A stretch of DNA of 64,000 nucleotides from NCBI RefSeq assembly GCF_000328665.1, contig NC_019977.1:62001-126000 (forward strand). Direction: 5' to 3'. The notes beneath the pieces are model-generated. The model was not told the DNA's origin, did no database searches, and saw only the letters and a program-made list of their open reading frames with translations. This DNA comes from Methanomethylovorans hollandica DSM 15978. Lineage in GTDB: Archaea > Halobacteriota > Methanosarcinia > Methanosarcinales > Methanosarcinaceae. Shown here piece by piece: positions 7,681 through 18,412 of this stretch. The position numbers and the translations under genes were made by a program. Each line of letters begins with the position of its first letter. The stretch's first letter is position 1.

Positions 7681-10340
7681 TGCTTAAGCACCTGAAAGTA
7701 GAGAATATCCGCAGTTACCAAGATCTTGAGATCCATTTCAAAGAAGGTGTAACTGTGATCTCAGGAGTTAATGGCAGTGGCAAATCCAGTTTATTGGAAG
7801 CCTGCTTTACAGGTCTTTTTGGAAGCAAAACTCTCCAAAAAGATTTTACTATTGCGGATATTGTGCGCAAGGGGGCTACAAAAGCTTCTACTGTGTTGGA
7901 GTTTGAACAGAAAGGTAACATCTATTCTATGGAACAGTTCTTCCGCAATGACCCGGAATCTGGAAGAGCCTCTAATACACGTTCAGTGCTTAAGGTCAAC
8001 GGACAGATCTTTACAGATCAGGCAAAGAGGACTTATGATAGCATCCTTTCTCTGTTGAGAATGGATGAAGAGGCTTTCAGGAACTGTGTTTACATAAGAC
8101 AGGGGGAAATAGATGTACTTATTAACGCAAAATCGACAGACAGGCAGAAGATGATCGATGATCTCCTACAGATCGGAAAACTTGAGGACTATAGAGAGCG
8201 TGCTGGAAATGCCAGGATAGGAGTGGGGAGGCATCAGCGTGATGCAGAAAGACGCATAAAGGAAGTAAAGAGCGAGGCTGTGGAGATCGAAGGTAGAGAT
8301 CCTGTTGGGAATTTGAACCGCTTGCTGACCGAAGCTGCACAAATTAAAGAAAAACACGTGTCAGTTAGTGAAATAAGGGATAAGACAAGATCAGGAATCG
8401 AAGAGAGGCGTTCAAAGCTTGGAGAATATGAACAACTTGCAATCCAAAAACAGTCAATTGGTGCCCAGATACTGGGCTTCAATAGCAAGAATACAGAGCT
8501 ATTTGAAATTATTAAAAATAGTACTTCTTCTATCCGGTCACTGCTCCTACATGTAAATGAACTTAAGCAAAGTGTTTCCAGTATCAAGGGACAAATGGGG
8601 TGGAATGGGGATGTGGAGCAAATGCTTGCACATGCTGAAGAGCAGGAGCGGGGACAAAGAGATAAACTTAATGAGTCCAGGCAAAAAAAAGCCTTGCATG
8701 AGCAGAACATCGAAAATGCATCCAGGACCTTACAGCAGCTTTCTGATCAGATCAAAGACATAAACCAATCGATTGAAAGTAATGTGAAAAAAAAGGATGA
8801 AACAACGATACAAATTGAAAAATTAGAATCTTCTCTCAAAGATAGACAGACAGAAAAACTATCCCTCGCTGGTGAAATAGAAGCTCTGGGGTTTACCGCT
8901 AAGAAACTATCAGGGCTTGAGGACATAGCGGAACTCGTACAAACACAACAAAAGAGTTTGCATGGGGATAAAATGAAATTGTTCACCCGCAGAGAAGAGA
9001 TATTGAAGCAAATAGAGAAAAGCAAAGACCTTATGAGCAAGGGCAAGTGCCCTACCTGCGGTCAGGAACTGCATGGTTCTACAATGCATGAAACAATTCA
9101 GTCTGATGAGGAACATTTGTCTTCATTGGCAAAAGACCTGGCTGCTATCAGTAAGAAAGAAGAAGATTTCGTCCTGAAGATGGAACAAATAAAGCAGGTA
9201 AAAGCAGTTTCTAAAAAGATTGAAGATTGTGATAACCATATCAACTCATTTAATGAGAGAATATATCTTTTACAAAAAATACGTGAAGACCATGTTTCCA
9301 GAATGGAAGAAGATGCTAAAAGATTGAATGAGGCGATTTCCCGCAGGCAAGAAATGGAAGATACAATTGTCCAACTGAAAGATAAGGAACAATTGCTGCA
9401 AGAAGTTCTTGTTTTTGAAACAAAAAAGCATGCTGAAGCTATTGAAAAATTAAATATTGCTAAAAAAGCACAACAAAATCTTATTGAAAGTGAAGCTAAG
9501 GGAAAGGATATAGAGAATCTGGAAGAGCGGATACGCAGTGACCAGGAAAAAATAGGACTTCTGCAACAGCAGATAAAGGATAGTAAGCAACGTTTATCCG
9601 AGATTGATGAAAAGATGGGGGGAATAGATGCCCAATCACTGCAAGACAATCTCCAAAAATATGAGATCGCTCTTAAGAATATTGAAGTTGAGATAAAGAA
9701 ATTAGAAGAGCAAAGAGCTGAACTGATGAAGCAAATAGGAATGACTGAAAAGGAAATCGAAAGGCTTTCTCATCTTCAGAATCAGTTACGCTCTCTACAG
9801 CACCGGTCAGATTTCCTTGGAGCCGTGTACAGAGATGCAGAAGAGCTTGAAAGTATGTATATACGCATCAGAGCTGAGTTGCGATCCCGCAATGTGGGGG
9901 CTCTTGATGCCCTTATAAATGAGATATTTGCATTTATGTATTCGAATAATGCATATTCACATGTGCAGCTCGATCCGGAATATAATTTGACAATTTATGG
10001 GAAAGATGGTACTCCTCTGGAACCAAAGTTGCTTAGCGGTGGAGAAAGAGCTATCTTCAACCTTGTATTACGATGCGCTATCTATAGACTATTGTCCATG
10101 GCAATAGGCGGACCTGCAAAAGGTTCAAGTCTGCCCCCTTTAATAATGGACGAGCCGACAGTATTTCTGGACAGAGGGCACGTACAGCAGCTCATAAAGC
10201 TCATCGACCTTATGAGAGATTTCGGTGTGGGGCAGATAATCATTGTCTCACATGATGAGTCGCTTATTGATTCTGCGGATCATTTATTCTATGTGGAGAA
10301 AGATCCTATCACAAACACTTCCTCAATAACAGCGCGCTGA
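7677..10340 (+). CDS. rad50: DNA double-strand break repair ATPase Rad50
   Basis: GVNGSGKSS, Q-loop YIRQGEI, Zn hook CPTCG, LSGGE, MDEP, VSHD; coiled coils. Confidence 0.95.
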   Translation: MMLKHLKVENIRSYQDLEIHFKEGVTVISGVNGSGKSSLLEACFTGLFGSKTLQKDFTIADIVRKGATKASTVLEFEQKGNIYSMEQFFRNDPESGRASNTRSVLKVNGQIFTDQAKRTYDSILSLLRMDEEAFRNCVYIRQGEIDVLINAKSTDRQKMIDDLLQIGKLEDYRERAGNARIGVGRHQRDAERRIKEVKSEAVEIEGRDPVGNLNRLLTEAAQIKEKHVSVSEIRDKTRSGIEERRSKLGEYEQLAIQKQSIGAQILGFNSKNTELFEIIKNSTSSIRSLLLHVNELKQSVSSIKGQMGWNGDVEQMLAHAEEQERGQRDKLNESRQKKALHEQNIENASRTLQQLSDQIKDINQSIESNVKKKDETTIQIEKLESSLKDRQTEKLSLAGEIEALGFTAKKLSGLEDIAELVQTQQKSLHGDKMKLFTRREEILKQIEKSKDLMSKGKCPTCGQELHGSTMHETIQSDEEHLSSLAKDLAAISKKEEDFVLKMEQIKQVKAVSKKIEDCDNHINSFNERIYLLQKIREDHVSRMEEDAKRLNEAISRRQEMEDTIVQLKDKEQLLQEVLVFETKKHAEAIEKLNIAKKAQQNLIESEAKGKDIENLEERIRSDQEKIGLLQQQIKDSKQRLSEIDEKMGGIDAQSLQDNLQKYEIALKNIEVEIKKLEEQRAELMKQIGMTEKEIERLSHLQNQLRSLQHRSDFLGAVYRDAEELESMYIRIRAELRSRNVGALDALINEIFAFMYSNNAYSHVQLDPEYNLTIYGKDGTPLEPKLLSGGERAIFNLVLRCAIYRLLSMAIGGPAKGSSLPPLIMDEPTVFLDRGHVQQLIKLIDLMRDFGVGQIIIVSHDESLIDSADHLFYVEKDPITNTSSITAR

Positions 10341-10445
10341 GCGAGAGAATATATATACATATTTATATAAAGGGACCATAAGTTATATTATACTTTATCA
10401 TATAATTCGCCACAGAAGGGATAGAATGGTCTTGCGAGGTATCAC

Positions 10446-11213
10446 ATGAATGGTGAGAACAGGGATTTCATCATTGACAGGCTTGAAAGGAAACTTCGGG
10501 AAAAAGAAACGGAAATAGATGAGATCAAAAAGTCTCTCCGGGATTCCATCCTGATGGAGCTGCGCAGTGAATTTAAAAATGATCTTGATATCAATAACCG
10601 TCTTTCAAAAGCTGAGAACAGGATACAGGAACTGGCAAATAATCTCAATGGGATAATGGATGAGCTGTTAGATCAAAAGTCATTGATCCGTTCATTCAAA
10701 AAGTCGGCATTTGAGAGGAGAGAACAAGATGTTCCCACACCTGTACACCCTTCTGTACCTGTCCCTCCAAGGGAGACACCAGCGATAAAAGAACCAGAAG
10801 CAAGAATATTCCGGGATGAGAATAAAAGAGTAGCACCACAAACTGAAATTCCAAGACCTCCTCAGTCACCTGTCAAAACTCCATCCTTTTCCATCAGGCC
10901 GACTGATCTACCGCGGGGACCAATAGGGCAGACAGCCTCAGTGAGCCAGCGCTTTAACATAAGGGATGCACAGCCAGAACCTGCTCCAGTGAAAAAACAG
11001 GAGATCGAGCAAAGAAAAACGGAGTACATTATTGCAGAAAACGATGATGCACGCGGTTCCAGAAGGAAAGAGAGAAACGCTCCTCAGGCTTCCAGCTGTG
11101 AGTTTATCGTTGCCAAGGACAATGTTTCCAGAAAGAGATCAGATACGGACTACGAAAGCGTAGAGACACGTGATGATGAAGATGCGGTCGTAACTGTCAC
11201 CCGCAGGAAATGA
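10446..11213 (+). CDS. Hypothetical protein: N-terminal coiled coil, Pro-rich linker, short C-terminal motifs
   Basis: 255-aa ORF with gaggt RBS, located between rad50 and smc. Confidence 0.8.
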   Translation: MNGENRDFIIDRLERKLREKETEIDEIKKSLRDSILMELRSEFKNDLDINNRLSKAENRIQELANNLNGIMDELLDQKSLIRSFKKSAFERREQDVPTPVHPSVPVPPRETPAIKEPEARIFRDENKRVAPQTEIPRPPQSPVKTPSFSIRPTDLPRGPIGQTASVSQRFNIRDAQPEPAPVKKQEIEQRKTEYIIAENDDARGSRRKERNAPQASSCEFIVAKDNVSRKRSDTDYESVETRDDEDAVVTVTRRK

Positions 11214-11253
11214 CCACCTTTCATAGAAAGTATTTGAGCACAGAGGGGTCCAC

Positions 11254-14200
11254 TTGTACATAAAGGAAATAGAGTTCATTAATTTCAAGTCCTTCGGAAA
11301 AAAGGTAAAGATACCGTTCTATGATGATTTCACCACTATCTCGGGACCAAATGGCAGTGGTAAATCCAATATAATTGACGGTATACTTTTTGTGCTGGGT
11401 CTTTCCAGTTCGCGCACCATGAGGGCCGAGAAACTTACGGACCTCATATACAATGGCGATAAGGCCAAAAAACCTGATTTTGCGCAGGTGACCATCAAGT
11501 TCGATAACACAGATAGAGAAATGCCTGTGGATACCGAAGAAGTTGTTATCACCAGAAAAATAAGGGAAACTGATACGGGCTATTACAGTTATTTCTACTT
11601 CAATGGCAAAGCTGTGAGCCTTACAGATGTGCATAATTATCTTGCAAAAGCAAGGGTGACACCTGAGGGTTATAATGTGGTAATGCAGGGTGATGTAACC
11701 CGCATAATCACCATGACCCCAGTTGAAAGACGCAAGATCATCGATGAGATAGCGGGAGTTGCCGAGTTTGACAACAAAAAGGACAGAGCTCTCAGTGAGC
11801 TCGAGATCGTTCGGGAAAGGGTTGAAAGAGTCGACATTATTCTGGAAGAAGTTGCTGCTCAGCTAGAAAAACTGAAAGGTGAAAGAGATCAGGCACTCAA
11901 ATATCAGGCATTGAAAGGGGAAAAGGTACAATTTGAGGGCTTCATGATTCTTGCAAGACTCAAGGATGCAAGAAAAGAGCTTGTATCAATTGATAATGAC
12001 ATGGGGTCACGAAAATCTTCCATGAAAGAACTAGAAGCAACCCTTGAAGAAAGACGCCAGCTTATGGAAGAGTTGGAAAGATCGCTGGAAGACCTCACGC
12101 TCCAGATACAGCGTATGGGAGAGGATGAACAGATCCAGATAAAGAAAGATATCGAGTCTACCAGGGGCGAGATATCACGATGCAAGGACAGCATTCAACT
12201 TGCTGACAGAGAACTTGCAGATGTCGATTCCAGACGCAGGAAAGCTTTTGTGGATATCGATGAGATCAAAGGCAAAGTAACTGAGCTGGATACCAAAATA
12301 TCTGAAGAAAAAGTGCGTCTTGAAAGTACCAAATCCGAGCATTCAGAAAAGCGGACCCAGAGAATGATCCTGCAAAGCCGGATAGCTGATGTGGATGCTA
12401 AATTTGCCAAGACCCGGGATGACCTGACCCAGCTTAAAAACGGCCTGGAAAGCACAAGGAATGAGAAGAATGAACTCATGCGCCAGGAAGACCGCCTGCT
12501 GGATGCCCTGAGGCGCAAATCGGCGGAGGTGCGGGACATTGAGAGCGAGATGGAGGATGCCCGTTCTAAAGCCGCTTCTTCTGACAGTGATATAAGTTCT
12601 GTGAAATATGATCTTGATAAGCTCAACGAGAAAATAAATTCACTCACAAAGGACATAGACGACCTGGAAAGCAACCGCGCTCAACTTAAAGGTGTGATAA
12701 AGGATCTAGAGGAATCACTGCGCAAATACCAGGATGATTATGCCCGCATCGAAGCACGGGTTAGGGCTGCAGAGGACCACAGTAAATATTCCAAAGCTGT
12801 GGATATGATAATCAATGAAAAGAAACACCACGGACTTCCCGGAATATACGGTACTATCGCAGAGCTTGGAAGTGTGGACCAGAAGTATGCAACTGCTCTT
12901 GGCATAGCTGCTGGTGGAAAAATGCAGGCAGTAGTAGTGGATACTGATGAAGATGCTGCTAGGGCAATCGATTTTCTCAAACGCAGACAGGCTGGCCGAG
13001 CTACATTCCTTCCCCTTAACAAGATGGAAGAGCGCAGACCATACAAAAGTCTCAGTGACAGAAATGGGGTAATTGGCTATGCGATAGACCTTGTGGACTT
13101 TGAACCGAGGTTCGAGCCTGCTTTCTGGTATGTTTTCAGAGACACTCTTGTGGTAGATACATTGCAGAACGCCCGCAGACTCATGGGTGGCTTAAGAATG
13201 GTAACGCTTGAAGGCGAACTTATCGAAAAGAGCGGTGCTATGGTAGGAGGTTCGGCGCAGAATTCTGGTCTTTCCTTTGCTGCCTCAGAGAAAGACAAGT
13301 TGATAAAGGTCGCAGAGAAGATCACTGAGTTTGATTCAAGGCGCAGTGCATCCATTAAGAAACTGGATGCTGTTGAAGGGCATATTGCTGATGTGAACCG
13401 GGAAATAAATGAGCATGACAAAGAAATATCCCGTAAACAAATGCAGGTTGAGGAGATTGCTGGTAGAGGAGAGCGTTTAGCACAGTTGCTGGAAGTAAAG
13501 AATGGAGAACTTAATGAGATCGAAGAATCCCGAAAGCAACTGAGAAATGAGATGGAGGCTGTAACTGCTCAGAAGAAAGAAAAGGATGAATATGCTGGTT
13601 CACTTGAAGAAAAGATAGATGAACTGGAGGGTGAGCTTGCCGGATCTGAAGTGCCTGAGCTGAACAGACAAGCTGAGGGCATTGACGAGGAGATGAGACG
13701 TCTGGAAGGACGTATTCGTGATGTTGAAGCGCAGATAAATGCCCTTAACCTTGACAGGGAATATGCTATCGGCAAGATTGAAGAGAACCGGGAGCTAATA
13801 AAGTCCTTGGATGAAAAGAAAGCCAGCCACAGGCAGCGGGTAGACGAACTCACAGCCAAGATAAAGGAGCTTGAGATTGTGCTTACCGAGAAGCAAGCTC
13901 GTGAGTCAGAGCTTGTTAAAGAGTTAAAGGATATGCAACAGCAGCGTCTTGGCATGCAGAACGAGTATGCTCTCTCCAAAAAACAGTTCGAGTCAGCAAG
14001 AACAAGATTTGAGGAGAGCAGTAGGCAATTAATGGCAATAGAAGCTACTCAGGCAGTTCTGGTGGAACAGGTAACCGAACTGTCTTCAGAACTTTTACGG
14101 AGAGGCATCGAAGAGACAGATGATGTTCCTGGTTCTGAGGCTGTACGTATTAGGATAGCCTCCATTGAAAAAGCAATGGAACGTCTCGAGCCTGTCAACA

Positions 14201-14775
14201 TGAGGGCTATAGATGAATTCAATGAAGTGGGGGCAAGATTGGAGGACCTCAGGTCAAGAAGGGACACTCTGTTCAATGAAAGGGAACAGATCCTGGAGAG
14301 GATCAAGCAGTATGAAGTGCTCAAAAAAGATGCTTTTATGGAAACGTATAATGGGATCAATACGGCCTTCCAGGAAATCTTCAATGAACTTTCGGATGGT
14401 ATTGGAGAGCTTGTACTGGATGACCCGGCGGAACCGTTCAACGGAGGCCTGACCCTGAGGGCTCAGCCCAAGGAAAAAACTTTGCAACGCCTTGAAGCTA
14501 TGTCAGGCGGGGAAAAAAGTCTTACTGCATTATCATTTGTGTTCTCCATTCAGAAATACAGGCCGGCACCATTCTATGCTTTTGATGAGATAGACATGTT
14601 CCTGGATGGTGCAAATGCAGCCAGGGTAGCCGAGAGGGTCAAAAAGTCTGTGGAAAATGCCCAGTTCATTGTTGTATCATTGAGAAAACCAATGATCGAA
14701 GCAGCTTCAAGGACTATAGGGGTAGCAATGCAGGAAAACAATATTACGAGTATAACAGGTGTGAAGTTCAGATGA
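11254..14775 (+). CDS. smc: Chromosome segregation protein SMC
   Basis: GPNGSGKSN, hinge GRATFLPLNK...KSGAMVGG, MSGGEKS, FDEID; 1173 aa. Confidence 0.97.
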   Translation: MYIKEIEFINFKSFGKKVKIPFYDDFTTISGPNGSGKSNIIDGILFVLGLSSSRTMRAEKLTDLIYNGDKAKKPDFAQVTIKFDNTDREMPVDTEEVVITRKIRETDTGYYSYFYFNGKAVSLTDVHNYLAKARVTPEGYNVVMQGDVTRIITMTPVERRKIIDEIAGVAEFDNKKDRALSELEIVRERVERVDIILEEVAAQLEKLKGERDQALKYQALKGEKVQFEGFMILARLKDARKELVSIDNDMGSRKSSMKELEATLEERRQLMEELERSLEDLTLQIQRMGEDEQIQIKKDIESTRGEISRCKDSIQLADRELADVDSRRRKAFVDIDEIKGKVTELDTKISEEKVRLESTKSEHSEKRTQRMILQSRIADVDAKFAKTRDDLTQLKNGLESTRNEKNELMRQEDRLLDALRRKSAEVRDIESEMEDARSKAASSDSDISSVKYDLDKLNEKINSLTKDIDDLESNRAQLKGVIKDLEESLRKYQDDYARIEARVRAAEDHSKYSKAVDMIINEKKHHGLPGIYGTIAELGSVDQKYATALGIAAGGKMQAVVVDTDEDAARAIDFLKRRQAGRATFLPLNKMEERRPYKSLSDRNGVIGYAIDLVDFEPRFEPAFWYVFRDTLVVDTLQNARRLMGGLRMVTLEGELIEKSGAMVGGSAQNSGLSFAASEKDKLIKVAEKITEFDSRRSASIKKLDAVEGHIADVNREINEHDKEISRKQMQVEEIAGRGERLAQLLEVKNGELNEIEESRKQLRNEMEAVTAQKKEKDEYAGSLEEKIDELEGELAGSEVPELNRQAEGIDEEMRRLEGRIRDVEAQINALNLDREYAIGKIEENRELIKSLDEKKASHRQRVDELTAKIKELEIVLTEKQARESELVKELKDMQQQRLGMQNEYALSKKQFESARTRFEESSRQLMAIEATQAVLVEQVTELSSELLRRGIEETDDVPGSEAVRIRIASIEKAMERLEPVNMRAIDEFNEVGARLEDLRSRRDTLFNEREQILERIKQYEVLKKDAFMETYNGINTAFQEIFNELSDGIGELVLDDPAEPFNGGLTLRAQPKEKTLQRLEAMSGGEKSLTALSFVFSIQKYRPAPFYAFDEIDMFLDGANAARVAERVKKSVENAQFIVVSLRKPMIEAASRTIGVAMQENNITSITGVKFR

Positions 14776-15638
14776 CTGGTATTATAGAGGAATTTGATAC
14801 ACCTCCTATTGTTGAACCTCTTGCAGAGAACTGTACTTTGCTACCCGGAGCCATAGACCCCGAATTCCTGGAAACACTGCGTGCTCTGGGAGTAGATGAG
14901 AACCTGCTTGAATTTTCTGATGATGTGATGAACGAACCTGTGGAAATATTGGTAAACCTTGCCAAAAGTGGAGAAATAGATCCATGGGATATTGATATTG
15001 TCAGTGTCACCGACAAATTCCTTGCACGGATAGAAGACATTGAGATGATGGACCTGCGCATTTCGGGAAGGACACTGCTTTATGCTTCCATACTCTTACG
15101 TATGAAATCTAACTGGGTGGATATGGATGAGCAGGAAGAAGATGACATATTCGACGACGGAATAGACTTCTTTGAAGTTGATGATTATCCTGTGCCCAAG
15201 TTGCCTGTGAGAAGGATTGCCACAAGGCCTGTGACACTGCAGGAACTTATAGCTGAACTGAAGAAAGCCGAAAGAGTCGAACACAGGAAAAAGGAAAAAA
15301 AACTGCTTCGCAAACTTGAAGAAAGAGTTGCAATAACCACTGATGAGGTTCTGGGTATAGCCCATGAAGAGGACATTCTGGGACGTGTTGCCAGACTTAA
15401 CCATGTGCTAGATTCTGTTTTTGAAGAGCATGAGTCTGTTGTGTTCTCAGAATTGATGGGTGAAGATAGGTCAGAGAATATCATGACCTATGTTTCCCTG
15501 CTTTTCCTTGCTACTGAGAAGAAGATATGGCTTCAGCAGGAAGAATTGTTTGGGGAGCTGTTCATATATCCCTCTAATATTTCTGATGATGGACCCAGAG
15601 AGGTTATGACTGGTAATGAACGAGAAGGAAACTATTGA
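14772..15638 (+). CDS. scpA: Kleisin ScpA
   Basis: GEIDPWDIDI, LLYASILLRMKS, YVSLLFL...QEELFGEL; overlaps the smc stop. Confidence 0.93.
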   Translation: MTGIIEEFDTPPIVEPLAENCTLLPGAIDPEFLETLRALGVDENLLEFSDDVMNEPVEILVNLAKSGEIDPWDIDIVSVTDKFLARIEDIEMMDLRISGRTLLYASILLRMKSNWVDMDEQEEDDIFDDGIDFFEVDDYPVPKLPVRRIATRPVTLQELIAELKKAERVEHRKKEKKLLRKLEERVAITTDEVLGIAHEEDILGRVARLNHVLDSVFEEHESVVFSELMGEDRSENIMTYVSLLFLATEKKIWLQQEELFGELFIYPSNISDDGPREVMTGNEREGNY

Positions 15639-16731
15639 AGCAGCACTTTTTGCTGCCGGTGGGGCACTGGATGCCCATACACTGGGCAAGATCATAGGCA
15701 AGCCTGTAAACAAAGCTGTTGCAGTAGTTGAAGCACTCATGAAAGAATACTCAGCGAGGGAATCTGGCATAGAAATAATAGATCTGGGACAGCGTTACGT
15801 GATGCAGGTGAAACCCATGTTCACAGACCTTGTTAGGCCGGTAGCTCCCAAGGAACTGAGCGCACCTATGTTGCGTACTCTTGCAATGATAGCGTATCAT
15901 CAGCCTGTTGTGCAGTCTGATCTGGTGGATATGAGGGGTAACACTGTATATGATCACATAAAAGAACTTATAGGCCGTGGTCTTATCATGTCTTTGCCTT
16001 ACGGCAGAACGAAAAAACTGCAGACTACTTCACTTTTTGCCGACTATTTCGGGCTGAGTTCCAATGATCCTGAAGCCATTAGACTGAAAATTGTTGAACT
16101 TTCCCGCCAGCAGAGCGGTGATCAGGGGCTCAATAAGTGGCTTGGGTGCAAGGTTGTGGCATTCACTCCTATGTATCAATCCCTGGCAATATTGTGTGGC
16201 GTAGAGGATTATAAAGTGATCAATGCCTATGATCCCACAGAGGAAGAAATAGAGGAACTTGCAGATGTTTCCAAACTGGTAATATCCAAAGGATATCTGG
16301 AAAAAGTGAGTAGGTACTATGACGGTGAGATCATCGAGGTCAGTTCCACTACTTTTGATGATCTTATTGAAGCAGTGAAAGCTTTGGAAAATGTAGGTAA
16401 TCAGCAGAAAATAGGACTTACTCTCTTAAATCTGCAGGAACTTAAGGAAAGGTATGTTTCAAAGGCGCTTCTGATTGACAGAAAAGTCAAACCTGCAACT
16501 GATATGGTGGCCAGGATCGTGAACGACCTGAGACTTGGAGTATCAGCAGAAGGTGTGGTTATAGCTCCTGATTATGGCCTCTCGAGCAGCAATATACACG
16601 TGAGTGAAGGAGCTAACATACTTATACCAACCCATGGTAGTTCAGAAGCTGACCTCATCGAAAGGGTTTGCAGAAAATATGATGCTATAATAGATGGATT
16701 GAAAACTCAGGAAAAAGATGCTTCTGATTAG
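15616..16731 (+). CDS. scpB: ScpB with a ~200-aa C-terminal extension
   Basis: IEAALFA, LRTLAMIAYHQPV, TTSLFADYFGL within the first ~165 aa. Confidence 0.9.
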   Translation: MNEKETIEAALFAAGGALDAHTLGKIIGKPVNKAVAVVEALMKEYSARESGIEIIDLGQRYVMQVKPMFTDLVRPVAPKELSAPMLRTLAMIAYHQPVVQSDLVDMRGNTVYDHIKELIGRGLIMSLPYGRTKKLQTTSLFADYFGLSSNDPEAIRLKIVELSRQQSGDQGLNKWLGCKVVAFTPMYQSLAILCGVEDYKVINAYDPTEEEIEELADVSKLVISKGYLEKVSRYYDGEIIEVSSTTFDDLIEAVKALENVGNQQKIGLTLLNLQELKERYVSKALLIDRKVKPATDMVARIVNDLRLGVSAEGVVIAPDYGLSSSNIHVSEGANILIPTHGSSEADLIERVCRKYDAIIDGLKTQEKDASD

Positions 16732-16874
16732 CTTCATTTAATTAGATCTCATCTCACAAAACACAACTTTTATTTTTACACCCGGTGAGTTTAAATACCT
16801 ATATAAATATCAAGCTATAGCTCTATATAAAGGATTACAGATACAAAACATGCTTTTAATACTGAGGATTTTCA

Positions 16875-17426
16875 ATGACCGATTATAATATTAAGATCGA
16901 GAATGTGGTTGCTTCTACAAAACTTGCTGATGAATTTGATTTAACCAAGATAGAGGCGGAATTCGAAGGTGCTGAGTATAATAAACAGAAATTCCCTGGT
17001 CTGGTATACCGGGTCTCTGAACCAAAGGCTGCATTCCTGGTCTTCACCTCTGGAAAGGTTGTATGTACCGGTGCCAAGAATGTGGCTGATGTTCATACAG
17101 TAATAAGCAACATGGCCAAGAAGCTCAATGAAATTGGTATAAAGACCATAAAGGAACCTGAGATCACCGTACAGAATATTGTAGCATCTGCAGATCTTCA
17201 CGCTGTCCTTAACCTTAATGCAATAGCTATAGGTCTTGGTCTTGAGAATATAGAATACGAGCCTGAGCAGTTCCCCGGACTTGTATACCGTATAGATAAA
17301 CCAAAAGTGGTTGTTCTTATTTTCAGTTCCGGAAAGCTTGTGGTAACTGGCGGGAAAACACCTGAGAACTGTGCGGAAGGTGTTGAAGTAGTGAAGCAGC
17401 AGCTTGATAGTATGGGACTTCTCTAA
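16875..17426 (+). CDS. tbp: TATA-box-binding protein
   Basis: Two TBP repeats: [22 protein letters not shown] and [27 protein letters not shown]. Confidence 0.97.
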   Translation: MTDYNIKIENVVASTKLADEFDLTKIEAEFEGAEYNKQKFPGLVYRVSEPKAAFLVFTSGKVVCTGAKNVADVHTVISNMAKKLNEIGIKTIKEPEITVQNIVASADLHAVLNLNAIAIGLGLENIEYEPEQFPGLVYRIDKPKVVVLIFSSGKLVVTGGKTPENCAEGVEVVKQQLDSMGLL

Positions 17427-17437
17427 AGGGTAGCATC

Positions 17438-18358
17438 TTGCAGGAAAAAGACGTCTGTATACTGATTCCTACACTTAACGAAGGAGCCACTATAGCTCAG
17501 CTAATAAGGGATTTCAGATATGAAGGTTTCAATAACATAGTTGTCATAGACGGACATAGTACCGACAATACACAGGAACTTGCAGAAACTGAAGCTGCCC
17601 GGGTGATCGTACAGAAGGGAAAAGGGAAAGGCCAGGCTGTCCAACAAGCCTTTGAAACGCTAGATGCTGAGTATCTCGTAATGCTGGATGGGGACGGTAC
17701 TTATCTTGCCTCGGATATTCATGCAATGCTGGCTCCTCTGTTAGAGGGCCGGGCAGATCATGTGATAGGGAACAGGCTCGCTGACTTCGAAAAAGGGGCT
17801 TTTCCAGGCCTGAACTTGATAGGGAACAAACTCATTAATACTCTATTCAGTATAGCATACAGGAAAAATCTTACAGATATATTGACCGGATACAGAGCTT
17901 TTACAAGAGATGCTTACAAATCTTTTGATCTCAAAGAAATGGGATTTGAAGTTGAGTCCGAAATGACTATACAGAGCATTAAACTTGACCACCTGATAGA
18001 AGTAGTACCCATTTCTTATTTTTCCCGCAAGTCTGATGCGGCAACCAAGCTGAATCCTATTAAAGATGGTTTTAGAATAGGTAAAACGATCTATCTTTTA
18101 GCCAGGTTCCATAACCCTATGTTCTATTTTGGCATAATTGGCACTATTTTGATCCTTTCAGGTTTTGTAACAGGCACTTACGTAGTTGACCAGTGGTTCA
18201 AAGGTATCACACGTATACCTATGACAGTTCTTACTGCTTTGCTTATCATGTCTGGCTTTCAAATATTCGTTCTGGGGATGCTAAGCGATCTTATGGTTTC
18301 TATGCATATGGAGATCATGCGCGTGCTGAGACAGAAGGATAAGTCCGGCAAACAATAA
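17438..18358 (+). CDS. aglJ: GT2 dolichol-phosphate glycosyltransferase (AglJ-like)
   Basis: IPTLNE, IDGHSTD, LDGDGTY, DILTGYRA; two C-terminal TM helices. Confidence 0.75.
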   Translation: MQEKDVCILIPTLNEGATIAQLIRDFRYEGFNNIVVIDGHSTDNTQELAETEAARVIVQKGKGKGQAVQQAFETLDAEYLVMLDGDGTYLASDIHAMLAPLLEGRADHVIGNRLADFEKGAFPGLNLIGNKLINTLFSIAYRKNLTDILTGYRAFTRDAYKSFDLKEMGFEVESEMTIQSIKLDHLIEVVPISYFSRKSDAATKLNPIKDGFRIGKTIYLLARFHNPMFYFGIIGTILILSGFVTGTYVVDQWFKGITRIPMTVLTALLIMSGFQIFVLGMLSDLMVSMHMEIMRVLRQKDKSGKQ

Positions 18359-18412
18359 CCTGCATTAAACCGTTTTTTTCTTTCAAGACTATCATATTTA
18401 CTTTACAATAAA

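Noticed and set aside
7715..15770. Many antisense ORFs over rad50, smc and scpAB (likewise 35326-36999, 37710-38432, 59330-60037)
   Set aside because: Shadow frames of well-supported genes, with Ser/Leu/Phe-rich composition and no motifs
10446..16731. Wadjet/MksBEFG-type defence system
   Set aside because: Canonical SMC-ScpA-ScpB sequences in core context; no JetD/Toprim nuclease
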